DNA of 63,441 nt, counting the filler, from Ministeria vibrans ATCC 50519 (Eukaryota; Protista; Filasterea): assembly GCA_943704425.1 (NCBI GenBank). It is 8 parts of 8 records of this genome, joined end to end, with 100 filler letters (N's around TTAATTAATTAA, not from the genome) between each part and the next. Parts side by side here need not be neighbours in the genome. Positions count along the whole stretch, not along the records: positions 55,069 to 57,012 come from CALSCP010002693.1; positions 57,113 to 60,128 come from CALSCP010001960.1; positions 60,229 to 61,796 come from CALSCP010002387.1; positions 61,897 to 63,441 come from CALSCP010000457.1; 4 more parts are not named here. The stretch is one strand, 5' to 3'. Below, in pieces: positions 56,155 through 63,441 of this stretch. How positions within the stretch are numbered: the stretch's first letter is position 1; every line of letters begins with the position of its first letter. Made by a program: the position numbers and the translations under genes. The notes under the pieces are model-generated. The model did no database searches, was not told where the DNA came from, and was given only the letters and a program-made list of their open reading frames with translations.

Positions 56155-56918
56155 GTTTGTTGCTAATGTCGGACGGTGGGACTGTGGCGGTGGATGCTGG
56201 CATGGTAGTGGCAGTGTTGGCTGGCCAAGGTGGTGGTGGTGGCGTTTGGTTGGGTGTTCTTGGTTGCAATGGAGCACTTGAAGAACGGCGTTGGCTATGT
56301 CGACGCCGCCGTTCGTTCCCATAGGGATCCTTTGTTTTTGCCAGTAGAGGTTGTCGTCGTAGGTGACAATGTTGTTTTCAAGCACAGGTTTGAGCAAGTC
56401 TTGAATGACGACGCCAACACGGCCAAGAGAGGAGTCGGCGATTTTGGCAATTGTGGTCTGCATGAGCTGCCACGAGAGTGACGGGTAGAGAGCCTCCACG
56501 TCTGCTGTGGCAATGATGACGTCGTTGGGCACGACAAGAGTTTCAAGACGAGCCACAAGCTGCGCCGAGTTGCGCAGGACTGTGTGACAGTCAGTGTCGG
56601 CGAGCGCACCGTTATAAGCAGTGTAGTTATTGTGGACCACGGTGGCATTGTTGATTGCGTGCTCTCGCAGGAGAAGACCGAGGAGAGTAGACGGGTGGCT
56701 GGAGACGTACGAGTGGGCTGCTGCGATGGGCCTGCCAGCCCAAGGATGCTTGTGAACTTTGGGAATAATGCAGAAGCGTGGCAAGCGGAATGAGGCAAGC
56801 TTGTTCTCTGAGTGCCTTTTGATGAACATTGAGATGTTACTGCGAAGTTCGTCTGCGTGAAGCGCTGGAAGGCACCGTAGGAAGGTCGTATTGGTGTACA
56901 ACCTACAGACACGAGTCC
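56140..56918 (-). mobile_element. Penelope-like element (PLE) reverse transcriptase, 5'-truncated and cut before YxDD
   Basis: PRFCIIPKVHK...GRPIAA, ATADVEALYPSL and YWQKQRIPMGTN...IAN are PLE-type RT motifs 1-2, A and B'. The frame is open up to the telomeric array with no ATG. Confidence 0.88.
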
Positions 56919-57012
56919 AGGGTTAGGGTTAGGGTTAGGGTTAGGGTTAGGGTTAGGGTTAGGGTTAGGGTTAGGGTTAGGGTTAGGGTTAGGGTTAGGG
57001 TTAGGGTTAGGG
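56919..57012 (+). repeat. Telomeric (TTAGGG)n array at contig end
   Basis: About 15 perfect units running into the contig edge, G-rich strand pointing outward. Confidence 0.95.
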
Positions 57013-57112
57013 NNNNNNNNNNNNNNNNNNNNNNNNNNNNNNNNNNNNNNNNNNNNTTAATTAATTAANNNNNNNNNNNNNNNNNNNNNNNNNNNNNNNN
57101 NNNNNNNNNNNN

Positions 57113-57203
<91 letters not shown>

Positions 57204-57212
57204 CACCCTTAC

Positions 57213-57944
57213 TTGGCATAGTAGGGTCGCTGGGCATAAAACTGAACAGGTGAGGTGGTGTTGAGGCGAGACGCAACAAACGCGTACATGGCAGCTGCAT
57301 TGCACTGCGTGGCTCCATTGCACAAGACCAACTGCTTGCCCGTCGTGACGGCATTGCCAACTTCGTCGTGGAACTCGCGAATGGCCGCCGCCAATGGCGC
57401 AATGGGGTCGTTTGCGTCGACAAACTGGTAGGCTGTTCTGTTTCCCAACAACGGTTGAGTTGGATGAATTTGACCATGCCAATGAGTCCTACCGATAGTT
57501 GGAGGGCACCTTGGTACAGGGCGAACCCTGTTCTTCCTCCCAGAACTCCTGGAACAGCATCGGGTCGCCCCCCTGCGACTCGAGAACGCAATCTTTCTTC
57601 ACCTCCTTACAAAATTCGCCCGCGTAGCAGCCAAAGCAGTCGCGCGCTGGAGATGCAAGACGTTTTTAGTCAGATTTCTCAAATGTGGAAGCCAGTGTGA
57701 GGGGCGCGTGAGCAAGTGCGCCGGTGGGTGAGTGAAAGCGAGCAGAGTGTGTTGACATCGAGAAGCAATTCAACCATCTGCTCCACACCCCATCCTTACC
57801 CTTGTAGCCAAGACACCTCTTCAAGAGAGGGTCCCAAGTACCGCCAGGCAGACAGGGATCCGGCCATTTTTGCATGGAGCAGACGTCCAAGTCAGCCAAT
57901 GCCAGACTCAACAGAAGAAGAAAGATGACGCCCACGGCACGCAT
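57213..57944 (-). CDS. Alliinase / tryptophan aminotransferase (TAA1/TAR)-like PLP enzyme with signal peptide and EGF-like domain, 5' fragment
   Basis: MRAVGVIFLLLLSLALA signal, CFGCYAGEFC...C...GGDPMLFQEFW, LAAAIREFHDEVGNAVTTGKQLVLCNGATQ and AQRPYY follow the order of plant alliinase/TAR motifs. Confidence 0.85.
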
Positions 57945-59111
57945 TGGAACAGGCTGTCTACGTACAGATGTATATGCCAACGTGTCTCACACAGATGTCA
58001 CAGAAAGAAAGAGTATCAATTTACGACGACTGACGTCTGTCTTATCTCTAATCGGAAGAGAATAGGCGCCAGCCAACTTCCGATTTCCAAAACTCTTAAC
58101 ACAAAGTATTCATAATTCACTATGAGATCTGTCTGAGATCAGTACTTTTGTCTCCTGCTGCATCTCAAGGTACCGATAATCACCCGCCTTGGTCGGTCGG
58201 CGTGACTAGCCCAGAGTGAATAATTCCGCTCGTCGTGTGTCTGCAGAGCACCAACAAAAAGGAAAAAAACGATAACGTTCACACCTCGCTTAAAAAGACG
58301 CTTTCTCATGCTCGCGAGATGGTGCAGTGAATACAGCGTCATACGTTCTCCTGTTCAACAAAACGCGCGCTCGAACTCTTGCTGGAGTGGCCCAATGCAG
58401 AGCGATAAGAAAAAAAGAATGTTGTGAAATGCGGGAAGGGCGCTGTAAACTGACGGAGGGCGTCGTGTCGGGCGCCAGCCAGCAGCAATCTAGCCGTGCT
58501 GGGCTACTGTAATCCTCCGTGATCCGCTCCAACCACTCGCACAGCGCTCTCTCTTTTTTTTTTTTTTTTTTTTTTTTTTGTGGTGGCGTTTTTTCGCGTG
58601 TTATAATTGCTAAATAGGAGAGAATTGCGCGTATGATTGCAAGGAAAGTGTCGCGGATACGGTACCAAAGCGTATTGTGTTGGGGAACAGCATGTTGCTG
58701 TGGCAAATAAGGACGCCATCAAATGGTCACACGGCCAGAAAGACACATTCAGGAGAAAAAAAAAAAAAGAAGAATTGATTCTCTCCTGAATCGCCGTCTG
58801 AAAATGGTTTGCCGAGCGCCATAAGACAAGAGTACCCTGTTTATGAGCGTGTCGTTCATGAGCGTGTCCTTCGAGACGCTTCCTTTTTTGAAACGCATTG
58901 GATGTTTTCTTTATTATTAATTTTGCTATGGCGTTTGGAGGGCGCTCCGGTCCAGTTTGAAGGCACCTTGCTTCGTGTCGCTTTGTTGTTTTGATATGTA
59001 TGCCTATCTCTATCATGGACACTGTGGGTTGCGAATTCGGCTGTAAACCGGGCGTTATTGCAATAGAAGGTCTTATCTTTTTCGTTTGTTTTTTTTTTTA
59101 GACAACATACC

Positions 59112-59637
59112 ATGTTCAAGCTCCTGATTGTTGCCGCTCTGCTGGCGATCGCAAACGCTACCGTTACTCCCCAGGTTACCTCAACGAGCTTCTATGCCGC
59201 CCGTCTGGACTTCTACTGCTACGGTGAGTAATATTATTACTATGAAGGACCGCCTCCTACACGGCAACCTTTCTCCAACCTTTCTCCAACAGCCTTGCAA
59301 GCCCTAAGAACATAGCCAAACAGAGCCCGAACCCCGAATATTTACCTTTGCTTTGTTTCGATTAGGTGGTGATCCGCTTACGACCACTACGCTCAGCGGC
59401 ATTCAGACGCAGGCAGGCGCCCTTCAGGCCGACACGTCGTACATCAGCCTCAAGTGCACCGCGACCAGCACTGATCGCTACTACTGCGTTCTGCACGGTG
59501 CCGCCACTGACTCAACAAACATGGGTGCTCTGGCCACTATTATGGCGCAGCGCAACGTCGGTGACACCGCTACCGAGGGTTCTGTCACATGCATCACTCT
59601 CAAGAAATCCACAACGAGCTTCACCGCTAACCCCTAA
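59112..59637 (+). CDS. Small secreted Thr/Ala-rich orphan protein (~127 aa, 4 Cys, one intron 59224-59365)
   Basis: Signal peptide MFKLLIVAALLAIANA, a phase-1 GTGAGT...TAG intron restoring the frame, C-ending codon bias and a double TAA stop. Confidence 0.75.
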
Positions 59638-60228
59638 TAAAATCTTGGGCTAATCCCAGCTTTTGGAGGAGAAAGACATAAAGACTTTATAATAATAATA
59701 GTAGCTAATTTGAACTAATTGCGCCCAATCGGCAATTAGAATGCCATTGCTCATATGATTATAACTGGAGGAGAAAAGTTGAACAAAGTCTGTCAGAGAC
59801 GCCGAGTTCATACGAACTAAAATTAACAAAGGACTCAACTCTGACTAGGCTGTAACAACTAGCAGATCACGAGTCAGTAGTCACAGCTGTGAGCTGTCTA
59901 ACGGCGTCTAACGGCTAACCTGTAAACAAACTATATATTATATATATTTTTATAAAACTGTGTTTGAAACTAAATAAAGTTTATTATTATTATTATTATT
60001 ATTATTAAGCTATTATTACTGTGCGCTACGCATGAAAAAACCCTAACTTTGAAAACGAGTCTGAAACTCCTCCATTGAATAGGGTTGAGGTTGATGATCA
60101 GAGCCTTATGGAAGAAACCCGCCAGAAANNNNNNNNNNNNNNNNNNNNNNNNNNNNNNNNNNNNNNNNNNNNTTAATTAATTAANNNNNNNNNNNNNNNN
60201 NNNNNNNNNNNNNNNNNNNNNNNNNNNN

Positions 60229-61796
60229 AAACGACATTTCCAAAAATGTGGTCATGGTGTTTTCTATTAATGGCGGCACAATAGCGCTCGTGAAATCCTT
60301 CAAAGGACACAACGAGTAAGACGGAGAAAAAAGAAATAAATGAATTCAATGAGACACGTTCTTAATGTAGAGCGGTGAGTTCTGTGGCAGTGTCTCAAGA
60401 CGGCAACACCATCTTCAGCGGTTCCTTTGACAAAACGGTGAAATTGTGGACAAGAATGAAGAGTACACCGCTCGAGTTGTTTACGATTCCCGCGTAAGAA
60501 CACTAATAATAATAATGATGATAAATTTGATAATAATAATACTTATTTTTATTATTATTCATAAAAATAATAATAAAATATTATAATAATTATTATGATT
60601 ATTATTATTATGATTATTATTATTACTGTCATTTTTCGCCGTCATGATTATTGTGTTAAAATAATTATTCTCTTCAGGTCTACATGCTGTGCTAATGTGG
60701 ATTACCAGGTTGCTTTCTCTCTGGCTGGAGACAGGCTGTATGCACACTGTAAATGTGGGACCTTCAAATCCTTCACTTCCATTTGCCAATTTTATAAGAT
60801 GTAGACTATCTTTTGAAACATGCGGAATAATTATTAATGAGAGTTTATTTTTGTTTTGTTTTTTTTTGTTGTAATAGAGATTACAACAACGCCTTTCTGG
60901 TTGCCTTCATGCGAGGTTCTGTGCATGCTCGCACGATCAAGGTGCCCTCGTTTGGGGCAGCAATGGCCGGTAAGACCTCTCTATTCCGCGCACTGCTCGA
61001 AGTGGATCTGTCGCCAAAGAGTGATCGGACGGAGGAAATAGAGCGATCGCGAATCCATATTATCATGCAGTTGAAGAAGAATCAGCGTGTGTTTAAGGCT
61101 GTACATATGCCCCCAACAACGCGCTGCCTCGCCGGCCGCAGTAGCGGTCACGAGGCCAACGTTGGACGGCCAGCGCCACGAGTACAGCGCGCTGAGTCGT
61201 CCACATCATCAACATCAGCATCATCATCAGCATCAACATCAACATCAACATCAACATCAACATCAACATCAGCATCAGCATCAGCATCAGCACTTCCATC
61301 ATCATCAGCATCAAAAGCGCTACAACCCGGATCTGAAGAGTCCTTTTGTGGGTGGTTCAAGCGCGTGATGACTCGCTGGCCATGGTGGCGATCAGCTCCG
61401 GCACAAGATGATCTGTCCTCTTCACGCCCATCACCGTCCTCGTCCAATCACGCCCCCGATGCACTACCGAAAGTTATGTGCGACGTTCGCACTTTGTTGC
61501 TCAATTCTAAACTGCGGGAAGATTGTATTAATATTGAGCTTGACGCATTTGACTTGGTCGGTACGTACAGGGAGTGAAACCAAGTTCAATACTATATAAT
61601 TTATGTTTGTTCTCTGTTTACATAGGAGATGATAGGTTTGACTCGCTTTCGAGTCTCTTTATGAGCTCCAAGTCCGCCTACTTGCTCGTCTTTGATCTGT
61701 CCGTCATGCACGATCCCGACCAAGCTCAGCGTCAGTACGCCTACCTGGCCAAGTGGGCCCACGCCATCGCGCATCAAAATCTTTCTTCCAACGAGG
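60229..61796 (+). CDS. WD40-repeat + Roc-like P-loop GTPase (Roco-like), internal fragment
   Basis: WD40 VAVSQDGNTIFSGSFDKTVKLW, G1 GAAMAGKTSLFRAL, G2 Thr (DRT), G3 FDLV|G, then LFMSSKSAYLLVFDLS...YLAKWAHAI as in Roc domains. Confidence 0.7.
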
Positions 61797-61947
61797 NNNN
61801 NNNNNNNNNNNNNNNNNNNNNNNNNNNNNNNNNNNNNNNNTTAATTAATTAANNNNNNNNNNNNNNNNNNNNNNNNNNNNNNNNNNNNNNNNNNNNAAAA
61901 AAAAAAAAAAAAAAGGCAAAATGGCAAAGGAGGAAGGAAAGCGGTAC

Positions 61948-62131
61948 CTTCGACACGGTCAGGCGGACCGCTATCAAAGCGGCCGGCGCCCCCGCCGCCG
62001 CGGCCACCGCCAAATCCGCCGCGTCCACCGCCACCACCGCCGCGAAATCCTCCTCGGCCGCCAGGCGAGCCGCGGCCGCCTCCACGACCGCCACCTGGTG
62101 ATCCGCGTCCTCCTCCTCTTCCACGAAACAT
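61948..62131 (-). CDS. GAR1: H/ACA RNP subunit GAR1, first exon
   Basis: RGG-rich N-terminus ending FDSGPPDRVE followed by a GT donor. Confidence 0.8.
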
Positions 62132-62294
62132 GTTCTTGTTTAGTAGACGAGTATTTTCTGTTTGATCATTTGGGATCGAAAGTCAAAAAGTAAGTTGTAA
62201 AGAAACTATCAGATAAAAAAATATAATATTATAATTATATATATATATATTTTTACGCCTCCGCTCGTGAGCTCTCCCATCGCCACCGTTGCTG

Positions 62295-63317
62295 ATGGGG
62301 ATGGACTGCAGCATGGTTGCACTCCTGTGTGTGTGCGGCGCAGCGGCTGCTCTGCCGCATTCGACAGCGAACTTGACACGACGCTCAACCGCCCTTGGAG
62401 ACCACTCCAAACGCCCCATAGAAGTCGTGGTATGCCCGCATTGCAGTGCAGACACTCCACTTGCCCCTCCCGCCTCACTCCGCTCTCTCTCTCTCTTTTT
62501 TTCTTCTTCTTTTTTTTCTCTTTTTTTCCTTCGCTCCCCAGCGCGTCCTCTACGCCCTCGGCGGCCTCTACTGCTTCCTGTTCATTGTCGCATGTACGCA
62601 GCTTGTGCGTGTGCGCATCAGAAGACCCGACCTGGGCGGCACATCAACGCAGAAGGTTCGCAAGTTTGTTTGTCGTCGACGCACCACTCTCTGTTTTGAT
62701 TCTCTCCTTCGCTCTTGCAGGTCTTTCTGCTGCTCAACGCCTTCTTCCTGCTCATCAGGACCATCTTCTTCCTCCTCACACCCGACCTTGCCGGGCGCTT
62801 CTTCAACGTCGACTTTCAGGTCTTTTTGTCGAAAACCTACAACTTCCCCTTTGCTCATTTCTCTTGTCTTTTCTCTATTTGTTCTATCACGTTGTCTCTC
62901 TCTGCATCTCTTTGTCCTCTCTCTCTCTTTATTCTCTCTATCTCCCTGTCTTCTTTTCTATCACTTTTTTTCTCTCTCTTCTATCGCTTTGTTTCTCTCG
63001 CCTCTCTCTCTTCTCTCTTCTATAGGACCCCGTCTTTGCTGTTCTCGCTGACCTGCCCGCTAACCTATTCATCACCACATACACCTTGTTGGCCCTGTTC
63101 TGGCTCGAAGTGCTTGCCTACACCAAACAGGAGCCGAGAATAAAGCGACACAAGTACCGGGCCGTCTATGCCGTGTCCAATCTCGCCATGTATCTCATTC
63201 AGGTACGGCCGCTCCATCATGGGTGCTTGCTTTCTCAATTGTTCTGACTTATGTTTTTCAAAAGATTATCATCTGGCTGTGCATTGCGTTTCTCTCGCAA
63301 GACCAAAAGCTATTAGG
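62295..63317 (+). CDS. TOM1/THH1 (DUF1084)/GPR137-like multipass membrane protein, 5' part
   Basis: Spliced product: LGGLYCFLFIVACTQLVRV...STQK|VFLLLN...IRTIFF...LADLPANLFITTYTLLALFWLEV...NLAMYLIQ|IIIW. Confidence 0.8.
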
Positions 63318-63392
63318 TACAATAATATTGATTGCCATTCCTAAATTATTGTTATTTTTTATCATTCTGTTCCTCTCTCTATTTTGTTTCCT

Positions 63393-63441
63393 GTATCACT
63401 TTGTTTCCTCTATCACTTTGTTTCCTCTATCACTTTGTTTC
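63393..63441. repeat. TATCACTTTGTTTCCTC minisatellite (reverse complement of the intronic family) in a + strand gene intron
   Basis: Three 17-bp units at the window end. Confidence 0.85.

Noticed and set aside
58290-58706. 138-aa minus-strand ORF with poly-Lys
   Set aside because: The Lys run comes from a homopolymer and there is no recognisable motif or clear start, so it cannot be supported as a gene.
28719-61896. Seven regularly recurring TTAATTAATTAA palindromes flanked by Ns
   Set aside because: Artificial six-frame-stop contig linkers, not biology. They also invalidate neighbourhood arguments such as MCM3 or the alliinase gene being subtelomeric.

Overview
Eukaryotic, intron-rich genomic DNA: GC-rich exons, GT-AG introns often filled with (AAT)n, (GA)n or (GT)n, and a TTAGGG telomeric array. 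KIBRA and ELMO together with the cilium/centriole genes AK8 and CEP97 suggest a flagellated unicellular relative of animals (inference). The window is not one contiguous locus. Seven 100-bp N-TTAATTAATTAA-N linkers join separate contigs, so adjacency across them means nothing. The first two blocks (1-28718 and 28819-51474) are densely packed with SPT16, CFDP1/Swc5, a receiver-like-domain cyclic-nucleotide phosphodiesterase, kinesin-14, a RING/IBR protein, AK8, CEP97, NXF1, KIBRA, HEATR5, a PX-ankyrin protein, ELMO and a class II HMG-CoA reductase with a long C-terminal fusion. The small contigs carry fragments of NAGLU, MCM3, an alliinase/TAA1-like enzyme, a WD40-Roc protein, GAR1 and a TOM1/GPR137-like membrane protein, plus a small secreted orphan. 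The most notable items are: (1) a 5'-truncated Penelope-like reverse transcriptase capped directly by telomeric repeats and joined tail-to-tail to a LINE 3' end; (2) the HMGR C-terminal domain, which looks like a degenerate terpene synthase fold; (3) the plant-type alliinase/TAA1 homologue; (4) a four-copy dispersed repeat with peptide-level conservation; (5) an intronic minisatellite that always lies on the sense strand. All protein identities come from motif recognition by eye, not database searches, and exon boundaries are approximate.
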